The notes below the pieces were generated by a model. It searched no databases, was not told where the DNA came from, and was given only the letters and a program-made list of their open reading frames with translations. Shown here one piece after another: positions 18,220 to 28,381 of a stretch of 64,000 bases of DNA; position 1 is the stretch's first letter, and the number at the start of each line of letters is the position of its first letter. A program made the position numbers and the translations under genes. Source of the stretch: a virus (Duplodnaviria; Caudoviricetes); the IMG/VR virus record IMGVR_UViG_2936345690_000002. One strand, given 5' to 3'.

Positions 18220-19368
18220 ATGGAAGCGATCACCCCATCCGATGATCAGGCGAAAGCGATCCGGGCAATCGTTGATTGGTTCGGCGATGACAGCCGCGAG
18301 GAATTCTATCTGGCCGGTTTCGCCGGGGTCGGCAAGTCCACGATTGCCAACCTCGCCATCGAAGAGATCAAGGAGCAGCATAACGTCAGCAAGGTGCGAA
18401 CCGCCGCATATACCGGCAAGGCCGCTTCCGTGCTCCGGAAGAAAGGCATCGAAGACGCCAGCACGATCCACAGCTTGATCTACACGCCGAAAGTGGATGA
18501 AGAGACCGGCGAGCTGAAATTCACCCTGTCGGAGGAGTCTGCGGCGGCGGAAGCAGACCTGATCGTGCTCGACGAATGCTCCATGATCGACGACCGCCTG
18601 GCCGACGACCTGCGTTCCTTCGGCAAGAAAATCCTCGTCATGGGCGATCCTGGGCAGCTGCCGCCGGTCAATGGCCAGGGCGCGTTCACCCGCAACGTGC
18701 CGGACGTCTTCCTGCATGAAATCCACCGCCAGAGCGCCGAAAGCCCGATCATCGAGCTGGCCACGCTGGCGCGCCAGGGGCTGCCCATCCCCCGGAACTA
18801 CCGGAAGGGCGACGTGGAAGCCATGGTGTTGACCAAGGCGACGCAGGAGCTGATCTATCGGGAAACCACCCAGCCGATCTGCGGCCTGAACCGCGTCCGC
18901 TGGACCTATACCCAGCGGATGCGTGCCCGGAAGGGTTTCAGCGGCGAGCATCCTGTGGCAGGCGAGCGGATCATCTGCTGCCGGAACAATAACAAAAAGG
19001 GCTTGTTCAACGGCGGCATGGGGCAGTTGGTCACCCGGGGAGCGGACATCATCGGCGTGCGCGAGATCTATTCGCTCACCGTGGACATGGATGATCTGCA
19101 CGGCACCACGGAGGATTTGCTGACCGACCCCTACCTCTTCGCCCACCACTTCAATGAGGGTAAGGCGCAGAAGATCCAGGGCGCGCGGCCGATGCTGAAC
19201 GAGTTCGATTGGGGATACATCATCACCGCGCACAAGGCTCAGGGCAGTTCCTGGGACCACGTGACGGTGATAGATGACAGCGGGGCGTTTCGGGATAACC
19301 GCCGCAACTGGCTCTATACCGCCATCACACGGGCGGAGACTGGATTAACACTTTTGATGAGGGACTAA
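18220..19368 (+). CDS. RecD/Dda-like SF1B DNA helicase
   Basis: GFAGVGKS, DECSM, GDPGQLPPV, IHRQ, ITAHKAQGS, YTAITRA. Confidence 0.9.
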   Translation: MEAITPSDDQAKAIRAIVDWFGDDSREEFYLAGFAGVGKSTIANLAIEEIKEQHNVSKVRTAAYTGKAASVLRKKGIEDASTIHSLIYTPKVDEETGELKFTLSEESAAAEADLIVLDECSMIDDRLADDLRSFGKKILVMGDPGQLPPVNGQGAFTRNVPDVFLHEIHRQSAESPIIELATLARQGLPIPRNYRKGDVEAMVLTKATQELIYRETTQPICGLNRVRWTYTQRMRARKGFSGEHPVAGERIICCRNNNKKGLFNGGMGQLVTRGADIIGVREIYSLTVDMDDLHGTTEDLLTDPYLFAHHFNEGKAQKIQGARPMLNEFDWGYIITAHKAQGSSWDHVTVIDDSGAFRDNRRNWLYTAITRAETGLTLLMRD

Positions 19369-19370
19369 CG

Positions 19371-20141
19371 ATGACCACGCTAGCACTACCGACGATCGGG
19401 CATAATGCCCCACCAAGTGACGCCGAAATGCTCCGCGAATCGCTGCTCAGCGCGCACGAATCGCTGCTGACCAACGCCGAAAAGCTGGTCGAAAGCGTCG
19501 GCCGCATCCCCGAGCGATGCGAGGATGATTCTACCGCCGGAAAGATCGGCGATCTGATCAAGCTGCTGACCGGGCAGCGGAAGAACCTCGAATCCGCCCG
19601 TGTCGCCGAGAAGGAGCCGTTCCTGTCGCTCGGACGCGCGGTAGATGGGTTCTTCAAGGGCTACATCGACCAGCTGGATGCCGCCAAGACGAAAGCCCAG
19701 AAGCCGCTCGACGCCTACCTCAAGCTGAAAGCCGAGGAAGAGCGCCGCCGTCGTCTGGAAGAGGCGGAAGCCCTGCGTCTTCAGGCGGAGAAGGAAGCCG
19801 AAGCCGCCGCCGCCCTGGAAGCGGCCCAACTCCAGCCGCTCGCGGAATCCGCCCTGGATCAGGCCCAGGTGACCGAGCAGCAGGCCTTACGCGCCCACGC
19901 CTCCGCTGCAGCCAAGCCCGCCGGTATGGCCCAAGCTCGCGGCTCAAGCGGCAGCCTGGCCAGCCTCCGCACCCGCTGGGTGGGCGAGGTGACTGATCGC
20001 AACCAGCTCGATCTGGACGCCCTGCGGGCGCATATCCCGCTGGAAGCCCTGCAGAAGGCGGTCAACGCCTTCGTGGCGGCCGGTGGCCGGGAGCTGAAGG
20101 GTGCCAAGATCTTTGAGAAATCCGAAGCGGTGGTGAGGTAG
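19371..20141 (+). CDS. Phage coiled-coil hypothetical protein
   Basis: IGHNAPP start, EKEPFL...VDGFF; lies in the recombination module. Confidence 0.65.
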   Translation: MTTLALPTIGHNAPPSDAEMLRESLLSAHESLLTNAEKLVESVGRIPERCEDDSTAGKIGDLIKLLTGQRKNLESARVAEKEPFLSLGRAVDGFFKGYIDQLDAAKTKAQKPLDAYLKLKAEEERRRRLEEAEALRLQAEKEAEAAAALEAAQLQPLAESALDQAQVTEQQALRAHASAAAKPAGMAQARGSSGSLASLRTRWVGEVTDRNQLDLDALRAHIPLEALQKAVNAFVAAGGRELKGAKIFEKSEAVVR

Positions 20142-20144
20142 GTA

Positions 20145-21059
20145 GTGCAGACGAGCAAAATTGAAACCGGAACACCCGAATGGCATGCCCAGCGTCGGAC
20201 CGGGATCGGCGGGAGTGATTGCGCCGCCGTCCTCGGGCTCTCCAAATGGAAATCCCCGTATCAGCTCTACCTGGAGAAGATCGGCGAGGCCGAACCGGAA
20301 GACGAAACGTGGGAAATGATGCGGGGGAAGGCGATGGAGCCGCTGTTACGGCAGCATTACGCCGACACTACCGGGCAGGTCGTCATGCTACCTGATGGTG
20401 CAATTCGGAGCGATGCGTATCCTTTCATGATCTACAACCCGGACGGGTTGACCGAAGACCGACTGCAGGAGTTCAAAACGGCCGCGTACGGCAAGGAATG
20501 GGGTGAAGCAGGGAGTGACGAGATCCCGCATGAGTATCTCCTGCAGGTCCAGCACGGCATGATCGTGACGGGAAGGCAGGTCGCGGACGTCACCGTTTCG
20601 ATCGCCTCCAACCGGCCGAAATACTTCGTTGTCCAGGCCGATCCCGAGTTGCAGGAGATCATCGTTGAGGCCGAGGCACAATTCTGGCGGATGGTGGAAG
20701 ACCGCACCCCGCCCGAGCCCATCTCAAACGAAGATTGCGCCCGCATCTATAGGGCGGTGAGTCTGGGCGCGAGCACGTTAGCGACGGTAGATATCCAGGA
20801 GGCACTGGAGGAGCTGAAAGCACTGAAGGCTGTCGCGAAAAGGGTAGAAACCGAGGAGGAAGCGCTGCAAGTCAAAATCAAAGCCTATATGGGCGAATGC
20901 GAGTCGCTCGTGGACGAAGGTGGGAAGACCTTAGCGACATGGAAACTGGCGAAAGGTGCGGAGCGCATCGACGCCGCAAGCCTGAGGAAAGAGCAGCCTT
21001 CCATAGCTCAGCGATACACCGTTATCGGCGAGCCGAACCGGCGATTCCTGCTGAAATAA
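20145..21059 (+). CDS. YqaJ / lambda-exonuclease family
   Basis: WHAQRRTGIGGSD, PDG, EFKT, YLLQVQH. Confidence 0.9.
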   Translation: MQTSKIETGTPEWHAQRRTGIGGSDCAAVLGLSKWKSPYQLYLEKIGEAEPEDETWEMMRGKAMEPLLRQHYADTTGQVVMLPDGAIRSDAYPFMIYNPDGLTEDRLQEFKTAAYGKEWGEAGSDEIPHEYLLQVQHGMIVTGRQVADVTVSIASNRPKYFVVQADPELQEIIVEAEAQFWRMVEDRTPPEPISNEDCARIYRAVSLGASTLATVDIQEALEELKALKAVAKRVETEEEALQVKIKAYMGECESLVDEGGKTLATWKLAKGAERIDAASLRKEQPSIAQRYTVIGEPNRRFLLK

Positions 21060-21094
21060 TCAATAATCAATCAACTCAAAAAAGGAGAAACACC

Positions 21095-22333
21095 ATGAAC
21101 GATATATCAACCAAAGTGGCCCCCATGGAAAACAGCATGGTCGCGGCATCACCACGAAACGTGCAGAGCCAGACAGCCGGAACGCAAGCCCTCATGCAGC
21201 GAACGCTTGCAGAGGTACAGGTAGCCGTCATGATGGCAAGGCAATTCCCACGCGATAAGATCGAGGCGCGCGAAAAGCTGGTGCTGGATTGCAGCCGCGA
21301 AGGGTTGGCCAGCGTGGCGACCTACTCTTACGCCCGCGGGGGAACTGAGATAACAGGACCTTCCATCCGCCTGGCGGAAGCGGCGAAGAACGCATGGGGC
21401 AACCTGCAATCGGGCTGGCGGGAACTTTCCCGCTCGAAAGGTGCTGACGGCGTCGGTCAAAGCGAGGTGGAAGCGTTCGCCTGGGATGCGGAAAACAATA
21501 CCCGCGAGAGCGTTACGTTCATCGTCAGGCATTGGCGGGATACGAAGGGTGGCGGCTATCCACTAAAGGAAGAACGCGACATCAAGGAACTGCTCGCCAA
21601 CCAAGCCAAGCGCGTAGAGCGCGGATGCATCCTCAACAGCATCGACGGCGACATGATCGAAGCCGCCCTGGCCCAATGCAACGTCACGCTCACCACGAAG
21701 GTGACCGCCACGCCTGAACGCATCGCTTCCATGGTCGCCATGTTCAATGAACTGGGAGTCACGAAGGGTCAGATTGAGAAGCGGATTCAACGGCGCGTCG
21801 ATGCCATCAACCCACCTCTGATCATCTCTCTGACGAAAATCTACAACAGCCTGAAGGACGGCATGAGCAAGGCTACCGATTGGTTCGAGCCGGAGGAATC
21901 GACCGAAGATGCGGCCAAGCCGGGTAGTCGTGCGGAAGCCATCAAGGAAAAGCTCAGGAAGGAAAAGCCAGCCGCGCAGGAAGGGAAGCCTGGTTACGAC
22001 CCGGAAACCGGGGAAATCCCCGCTGAAGAGAAGCCCGAAACCCAGCAGGCCGGCACTCAGGCCGAAGTCAAGCCGAGCGTACCCTTCTCCGCCGCTCTGA
22101 TCGGCATGAAACCGATGCCCGGGAACACCTCGCAGTTGGATCTGGACGGCTGGGCAGCCGCATGGGAGGCGATGTGCCTGGCGGCACCGGATGCGGACAA
22201 GCTGCAGCTCCTGCAGAAGAATAACGCCAAGCAGCTGGCTCAGCTGCAGTCGCTGCGGCCTGCCCAGCACCAGTGGTGCATGGAGGTTTATGCCTCCAGC
22301 CTGGAACGCCTAGGAGGAAAGCCGGCGGCGTGA
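21095..22333 (+). CDS. Putative single-strand annealing/recombination protein
   Basis: Follows YqaJ; ARQFPRD, YSYARGG..ITGPSIRLAE; AAGGAG RBS. Confidence 0.6.
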   Translation: MNDISTKVAPMENSMVAASPRNVQSQTAGTQALMQRTLAEVQVAVMMARQFPRDKIEAREKLVLDCSREGLASVATYSYARGGTEITGPSIRLAEAAKNAWGNLQSGWRELSRSKGADGVGQSEVEAFAWDAENNTRESVTFIVRHWRDTKGGGYPLKEERDIKELLANQAKRVERGCILNSIDGDMIEAALAQCNVTLTTKVTATPERIASMVAMFNELGVTKGQIEKRIQRRVDAINPPLIISLTKIYNSLKDGMSKATDWFEPEESTEDAAKPGSRAEAIKEKLRKEKPAAQEGKPGYDPETGEIPAEEKPETQQAGTQAEVKPSVPFSAALIGMKPMPGNTSQLDLDGWAAAWEAMCLAAPDADKLQLLQKNNAKQLAQLQSLRPAQHQWCMEVYASSLERLGGKPAA

Positions 22334-22526
22334 CGCAGGAGGAGAAAGACCGGAAGATGGGCGAGGTGGTGCGGCGCGCCATCTCCGCCTGCCTGGAGCA
22401 TAACGCCTGCGGTGAATTGCTGCTGGGCCTTAACACGGATGGGTATGGCGTTGTGGAGGTGAAAATCCACATCTGCCCGTCCCGCCAGGAATCAGTTAAA
22501 CATTAGGATTGAAGTGGAAAGACAGT

Positions 22527-23147
22527 ATGGCACTACCGGGACATAATAGTAATCGCGCCGGGGGCGTTGCTGGTGAAAGGTTACGAAGCCTGATCGAACG
22601 AATCGAACGACTGGAAGAGGAGAAGGCGAGCATAGCGGCGGATATCCGGGATATCTATGCCGAGGCAAAGGGTAACGGGTTCGATCCGAAGACCATGCGC
22701 CACATCATAAAACTGAGGAAAATGGAGCATGCCGAACGGGAAGAGCATGAAGCCCTAATTGACATTTACAAGGCATCCCTCGGCATGCTGGATGGCACAC
22801 CGCTCGGTGAGGCTGCTATCAAGCGATTGACCAAAGAAGCGATGGCGGAGGGCGAGAATCCTGGCGCCTTCCCTGATGCTTCAGAGCCGGAGCAAGCAGC
22901 GAACGCAGACCCACTTTCTGGTATCACGGTCCAGGAAGCCCGCGACATGGGACGCCAGGCGGCGCTGGAAGGCGAGCCCGTTACGAGCAACCCGTTCCCG
23001 GCCCGCGATCCGCGCCGATCGGCGTGGGATGAAGAGTGGTGCATGACCGCCGGGAGCGACGGCATGGAACTGCCGGAAGCGTGGCGACGCTCGCCGAAGA
23101 AAGGACATGGCGGTAGCGAAGGCGGCGCGACGGGAGAAGCCGCTTGA
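22527..23147 (+). CDS. DUF2312 (GapR-like) protein with RMF-like C-terminal motif
   Basis: RLRSLIERIERLEEEK..DIRDIYAEAKGNGFD; C-terminal GRQAA..G....NPF...RRSAW..W. Confidence 0.8.
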   Translation: MALPGHNSNRAGGVAGERLRSLIERIERLEEEKASIAADIRDIYAEAKGNGFDPKTMRHIIKLRKMEHAEREEHEALIDIYKASLGMLDGTPLGEAAIKRLTKEAMAEGENPGAFPDASEPEQAANADPLSGITVQEARDMGRQAALEGEPVTSNPFPARDPRRSAWDEEWCMTAGSDGMELPEAWRRSPKKGHGGSEGGATGEAA

Positions 23148-24052
23148 GCGGGCTTCAGGGCTTCCGGCCAGTGCGGGATATCACCGACTTCGCCGAGGTG
23201 CTCAAGCCGGAGGAGGCGGAGCCGCCGATCCTCTCTCCGGCAATCCGGCTGGCCGTGCGGCAATGGCTGGTCGAGCTGGCGGCGGAGGAGGAATTGGCTT
23301 CCTATGGCCTCAAGCCACGCCGCACGGCGATGCTCTCCGGGCCGCCCGGCTGCGGCAAGACGACGCTCGCCCACCATTTCTCGGCGAGGCTCGGCCTGCC
23401 ACTGATTCTGGTCAACATGGCCTCCCTGATCACCAGCTTTCTCGGGGGGACCGGCCAGAACGTGAACAAGCTGTTCGACGCGGTGCGGGCGCAGAGTCAG
23501 GAGTGCATCCTGTTCCTGGATGAATTCGACTCGGTTGCGTCCAAAAGGGTCAGCGGAGCCCGGAACGCCGACAATGAGCGGAACAGCATCGTCATCTCGC
23601 TCCTGCAGAAGATCGATACCTTTCCGGGAATCATGATCGCCGCGACGAACCGGAGCGACGATATCGACCCCGCCATCTGGCGCCGATTCGGCATGCAGCT
23701 CGAAATCCTGGAGCCGGATGCTGACGCTCGGTTTGCGATCCTGACCCGATACCTGGCGCCTATGACCTTGCCAGAAGAGTCGATGGAACTGCTCACGGAA
23801 GTGACTGCCGGGGCATCGCCCGCCGTGCTGCGGCAGCTCATGGAGGGGCTGAAGCGGGATGTAATCCTTGCACCCCGTTATGGCCAGCCGGTAGAAGCGA
23901 AAGCGGTATTATCCCGCCTGGTCGCATCGGTAAGGCCCCACGCGGAAGCCGTGATGCCGCCGCTGTGGACGGAGACTTGGGCGATGGAATCGATCGCCAA
24001 GATGCCGTGGCCGCCGGTCGATGGACGAGAGGATTCGCCAGAAGCGAGCTGA
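23144..24052 (+). CDS. AAA+ ATPase
   Basis: GPPGCGKT, FLDEFD, AATN, DPAIWRRF. Confidence 0.9.
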   Translation: MSGLQGFRPVRDITDFAEVLKPEEAEPPILSPAIRLAVRQWLVELAAEEELASYGLKPRRTAMLSGPPGCGKTTLAHHFSARLGLPLILVNMASLITSFLGGTGQNVNKLFDAVRAQSQECILFLDEFDSVASKRVSGARNADNERNSIVISLLQKIDTFPGIMIAATNRSDDIDPAIWRRFGMQLEILEPDADARFAILTRYLAPMTLPEESMELLTEVTAGASPAVLRQLMEGLKRDVILAPRYGQPVEAKAVLSRLVASVRPHAEAVMPPLWTETWAMESIAKMPWPPVDGREDSPEAS

Positions 24053-24108
24053 CGATGGATGTCGCGTGAGCGGGTGCTTTGCGGCCTGATCGGTCAGGAC
24101 GGCATCCG

Positions 24109-24552
24109 CTACGCGGCCGTTTCCCAGCCTGGCACCAGCCGCTCAGCCTGGGCCTTGATCAGCCGGTATTGCCTGGCATCGATGACGACCAGCCGCACCG
24201 CCGGGTGGTACTTGGCCATCCGCTTGATCTTGGTGGCGCTCCGGGCGTCCATCCAGCCCTTCACCTCGTGGTAGGCTTCTTCGCCGTTCCGCTCGATCAC
24301 CAGAAAGTCAGGCAGGTAGCTCACGCAGCCGCGTTTGATGCCTGGGAACCAGAACGTGCAGGGCTCGTGCTTCCAGTCCCGGATCTCGCCTAGCGACTTC
24401 AGCCATTCCAGGTACCGGGCATAGTTGCTCTCCCACGCACTGCGGTAGTAATTCCGCTTTCCGCCGATTTCGCGCCACCCGGCCTTCCAGCGGGTTTGCG
24501 GCTGGCTGCCGTCGATTACACTCTGCTTATTCACCATCCCTGCCTTCCACAT
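24109..24552 (-). CDS. PD-(D/E)xK phage endonuclease-like protein
   Basis: RSAWE, YLPDF, HEVKGW; start uncertain. Confidence 0.7.
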   Translation of the reverse strand: MWKAGMVNKQSVIDGSQPQTRWKAGWREIGGKRNYYRSAWESNYARYLEWLKSLGEIRDWKHEPCTFWFPGIKRGCVSYLPDFLVIERNGEEAYHEVKGWMDARSATKIKRMAKYHPAVRLVVIDARQYRLIKAQAERLVPGWETAA

Positions 24553-24937
24553 TGCCTACTGATCCATCCCTCGCTCTACTGGCCGCTCCCTTTGCATGAA
24601 TGGTGGCGCGGCGGGAAACTCGGCTTACCGCTGAGCATGCCGCGCCGTATTTCATCCGTCGGTCTTCGGTTGGTGACGATTCGCCGCTCGTGCCGCGGCG
24701 GCGATATTCGGCTCCTTCCGGTACGACCGCTTGACCAGCGCCTTCTCGGCATCGGTGAGGCACGGCCCGCTCATTACTTAACCCCCGGTTCGTCGTACCA
24801 GATGTCGAGGACTTCTTGCGGCGCCGCGCTATAACCGGGTTCTATCAAAAGCACGCGAGTAGTTGGGCCGGTCTTGGCTTCGATCTCCCGCCGCAACCGC
24901 TTCTTCTCTTGCTTCGTCATAGGCCCGCGCGACCGAT

Positions 24938-25330
24938 TCACGCGGCGGGCTTCCAGCGTTCGCTGTAGAGCAGCGGCGGGATGTCCTGCTTGGCCGCCTC
25001 GGCGTTCGCCATCTGCATGATGTCGTCCAGGTGCCGCACCCTCCCCTGGTACCGCATGGTGTCGCGGTCGAAATCGCGGAGCATCGATTCGGCGAAGACC
25101 AGCGGGTTTACCCGCATCGCGGTAGGCTTCCCTTCGACGGGAGACTGCTTCCCACGGTCCGGCTTGTAGGGCTTCGGATCGGTCAGCCCGGCAGACGCCA
25201 GGATGGCGGAAACGGTCGCCTCCGAACGGCGGAAGGTATCGGCGATCTGCTTGCCGGTCAGCCGCATGTATTGCCGCTTGAACGCGATGATCCGCGCTCG
25301 TTCCGCATCGTCGCAGGGAAGCCCGTTCAT
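24938..25330 (-). CDS. HTH-containing protein
   Basis: LTGKQIADTFRRSEATVSAIL. Confidence 0.6.
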   Translation of the reverse strand: MNGLPCDDAERARIIAFKRQYMRLTGKQIADTFRRSEATVSAILASAGLTDPKPYKPDRGKQSPVEGKPTAMRVNPLVFAESMLRDFDRDTMRYQGRVRHLDDIMQMANAEAAKQDIPPLLYSERWKPAA

Positions 25331-25515
25331 AAGGCGACGGACGGTACAGCGGCTTCGCTGCCATTTACACGCTGAGCACGCGAGCGGTTCACGATTTCTC
25401 GCCGCAGCTGCGCTTCGGCTTCCAGACGCTCTGCATCCGGCAAAGCACGGATACGGTCGGCTACTTCGGGAGGAGCTTCAGAAACGGGCCAGTGGTCGTT
25501 GGTGGGCTGGGACAT
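25327..25515 (-). CDS. Small hypothetical protein
   Basis: GAGG RBS; upstream TTGACA-N16-TAATGT at about 25544-25571. Confidence 0.5.
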   Translation of the reverse strand: MSQPTNDHWPVSEAPPEVADRIRALPDAERLEAEAQLRREIVNRSRAQRVNGSEAAVPSVAL

Positions 25516-25590
25516 GCGGGGCCTCGAATGGCGGGTTTGATCGACATTAAGGCGGCATGCGGAATTGTCAAGCGGGATATAAGGGGAGCG

Positions 25591-26025
25591 TCAAGGCTCC
25601 TGTTTTGGACGCTTCTTCTGTCTAGCGATCTTGCTCTCCATGTGGGCTATCCTGCCGTGCCATCCGAATGCTCTTGCTGATAATTCGCGGTTGTTTCCAA
25701 CACCGGTCATGTTATACATGTGAGCCTTGAGGGCGAACGCTTTAATGACGCGACTTTCAAACTCCGTCGCGCATTCCGCAGGAACGACAAGCAAGGGCTT
25801 GAACTCAAAAGATGCCAGTCCAAAGAGCCAGAAATCAACCTGAATCAAGCTGTTAGGGTGGCCATTCAACATTAACGACTGAAAGTGACCGATGATCCGC
25901 TTGTCGAGATCTTTGGCCTTTCCGATATACACTCGCTTCGACTTACGACACGTCATTTTGTAGATCGTGATCGAGTTGGCTGGCGGCCTATGTCGCACAT
26001 CCGGGCTGACGTTATTTCGCCCCAC
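25591..26025 (-). CDS. GIY-YIG endonuclease-like protein
   Basis: TIY...VYIG...KR..H...E...YN; lower GC. Confidence 0.75.
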   Translation of the reverse strand: MGRNNVSPDVRHRPPANSITIYKMTCRKSKRVYIGKAKDLDKRIIGHFQSLMLNGHPNSLIQVDFWLFGLASFEFKPLLVVPAECATEFESRVIKAFALKAHMYNMTGVGNNRELSARAFGWHGRIAHMESKIARQKKRPKQEP

Positions 26026-26200
26026 ACTTCTTCTCCGATTGTTCCTTGGCCTTCCTTACCAGCTGTGATAACAACTTGCTGGCCGAGCGATCTTGCCGAG
26101 CCGCCTCCTCATCTAGCCATTGCATTAGCTCTACCGGCAGATAGAACCCTCTGACTTTTCCTTGCTTTTCTACCTTCATTCTTTCATCTCCTGAAAGCTG

Positions 26201-26229
26201 TTGACATTTGCTATCATATGCAGTAATTC
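26201..26229 (+). promoter_or_regulatory. Sigma70-like promoter
   Basis: TTGACA-N17-TAATTC upstream of a plus-strand operon. Confidence 0.5.
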
Positions 26230-26293
26230 TTATATCGTCAAGCCGATAGAAGCGGCTTCGCAGTTACTACCAACCAACAAAAGGAATACTACA

Positions 26294-26713
26294 ATGGCAC
26301 TTCGCATAATCAAACTGGCGCGCGGCTCTTCGGCCAACCCCAACCCCACCATCACCGTGACGCAAGGCGGCGATCTTCGCATCAACAAGGCCGCGCAGGA
26401 CGAACTCGGTTTGGCAGCCGGCCAGCACCTTCAGTTCCTGGATGACCCCGAACGCGCCAACACGCTCTTCCTCAAGCAGGCCGACGCAGGAGAGCAAGAT
26501 ACGCGTGTACTGAAAGGCGATAAGGACGGCAAAGGCACTTCCCTGACGGTTTCCGCGACCTCGGCCACCAGAAGCCTGAAGATTAAGCCCGGCCGCTATT
26601 CCATCCAGCTGGACGAAGAAACTGGTCTTCCGGCGTTCGAGTTCGTGCAGGCCGAAGTGGCGAACGAGAACGAGCGCGTGTCCAAACCTCGCGCCGCCAA
26701 GAAGGCCAGCTAA
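26294..26713 (+). CDS. Hypothetical protein (AbrB-like N-terminal pattern)
   Basis: AAGGA RBS; TVTQGGDLRINKAAQDELGL..GQHLQF. Confidence 0.6.
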   Translation: MALRIIKLARGSSANPNPTITVTQGGDLRINKAAQDELGLAAGQHLQFLDDPERANTLFLKQADAGEQDTRVLKGDKDGKGTSLTVSATSATRSLKIKPGRYSIQLDEETGLPAFEFVQAEVANENERVSKPRAAKKAS

Positions 26714-26923
26714 CCGGAGCACGGCGGGTTCGGTCGGTGATCGACCCGCCCCACACCGAGGAAAGGAATCCACCATGGCCATCATCCCAATTCAACAGCC
26801 AGAATCCCGCGAAGAGAAGCGCGCCCGGCTGGAACTCTTCTGCCAGGAGGTGCTGGCACCGCTGGTGAAGCCCGGGATCGACCGCACCAGCGACAGCCTG
26901 GTGCAGCACCACGGGAGGCGGCC

Positions 26924-27172
26924 ATGAGGCTCAATGAGGCCATGGAGCGGCTGAAGAAGCACGTAGCGCAGGACGAGTTGCTGTACAGCCACGAGAAAAC
27001 GCTGATCTGCCAGGTGATCGATAATTTCCAGGCGGAGGAAGAACGGAAAATCCATGAAACGTACGAGGCCAAAAAGCTGCTGCTTCGAAAGAACGACAAG
27101 CAGGCCGCCGTGCGGAAGTTATTTCGAGCGAAACCATTAAACCTGAAGGAATTGGGCGATGACAAAGAGTAA
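26924..27172 (+). CDS. Hypothetical protein
   Basis: ATGA-coupled. Confidence 0.5.
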   Translation: MRLNEAMERLKKHVAQDELLYSHEKTLICQVIDNFQAEEERKIHETYEAKKLLLRKNDKQAAVRKLFRAKPLNLKELGDDKE

Positions 27173-27962
27173 GAAACCCCAGCCGAAGCGTCGCCCGGCG
27201 ACCAAAGGCTGCCACATGGACGGTGACAAACCGTTCTGGTCGGCTCTGATCCTCTCCGTCGTCGCCGCCTGCGGCATCGCGTACAGCGTCCAGAGCCAGC
27301 CCATCGATGCGGCTCGGTCGGCAAGCTGGGTGATTACCGCCGAGGACAAGGCCACGCTGGAACGGGCGAACCGTTCCGCTGCGGTGGAAGCGCAAGAGCT
27401 GGTGAGCAAGCCGGTCATCCTTCAGGCGCCGAAAAAGCCGGAAGCTCCGAAGGAGGCGAAGAAGCAGGTGGCGAAGCTGGACGCGAAACAGGCGGCGAAG
27501 GAGGAAGCCAGGCAGAAGCGTGAGGCGGAGAAGCGAGTGCTTTATGACCTCGCCTACCGCGCCTCGATCCAGGAAGGCGTTGACCCCTACCTCTACATCG
27601 GCCTGCTGAAGTCGGAGAACTCGTTCAAGACCAGCATGGACGTGAGCAGCGCAGGGGCTATCGGCCCGGCCCAGCTCCTGGCGAGCACGGCGGCGGAGAT
27701 GGGGCTGAACCCCTGGAACCTGGAGCAGAACGTCACCGGCGGCGCGCGGTATCTCAAGCGGAAGCTCGACTCGCTGGGGCAGGAAGCGCTCGCCATCGCC
27801 AGCTACAACATGGGCGAGGGGGCGCTGAAAGGCTGGATGAGGAAAGGCGGTCACCCGGAGCGGCTTCCGGCTGAGACGAAAACCTATGTGATGAAAGTCC
27901 AGATGAACGCTGCCTACGAGCGGCATCAGGGCACGCTGAAACAATACGCGGCGATGGAGTAA
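27159..27962 (+). CDS. Membrane-anchored lytic transglycosylase (SLT)
   Basis: TM helix; E-N-S, SSAGAIGPAQL..TA, GARYL, ASYNMG, ETKTYV. Confidence 0.85.
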   Translation: MTKSKKPQPKRRPATKGCHMDGDKPFWSALILSVVAACGIAYSVQSQPIDAARSASWVITAEDKATLERANRSAAVEAQELVSKPVILQAPKKPEAPKEAKKQVAKLDAKQAAKEEARQKREAEKRVLYDLAYRASIQEGVDPYLYIGLLKSENSFKTSMDVSSAGAIGPAQLLASTAAEMGLNPWNLEQNVTGGARYLKRKLDSLGQEALAIASYNMGEGALKGWMRKGGHPERLPAETKTYVMKVQMNAAYERHQGTLKQYAAME

Positions 27963-27967
27963 GGAGG

Positions 27968-28381
27968 ATGACTCAGGAGGCAATCGTAGACGAAATGCAC
28001 CGTGCCAGCCGGTCGGTGCTGCCGGCAACCGGCGGGCAGGAAACGGTGGTGCCGCAGGACTTCGCGGCCTGGCTGAACGGCAAGCTCACGGAATGGTGCC
28101 GGGCACGCGGCTACTCGCCGGTGCACCAGGGCGACCTGTTCAAGATCGTGGATGAGGCGAAGAGATTTGCCACCTCGGCTGTGATTGCAGATAGACCGCA
28201 GACCTGGGAATGCTTCTGCGACATCGCCTATTACGATCAGTGGGCCGTGCGTCCGGTGGGGGAGAACCGCTGGGGGTATTGCTTCCACGTGCCTAGCCGG
28301 AAGGAAGCGGAGGCGCTGCGGGATTTGCTCCAGGGCACCGCGTCACCCTTTTCGGCTATCGACGCCCAGGAGGGCGCATGA
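27968..28381 (+). CDS. Hypothetical phage protein
   Basis: AGGAGG RBS. Confidence 0.6.
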   Translation: MTQEAIVDEMHRASRSVLPATGGQETVVPQDFAAWLNGKLTEWCRARGYSPVHQGDLFKIVDEAKRFATSAVIADRPQTWECFCDIAYYDQWAVRPVGENRWGYCFHVPSRKEAEALRDLLQGTASPFSAIDAQEGA

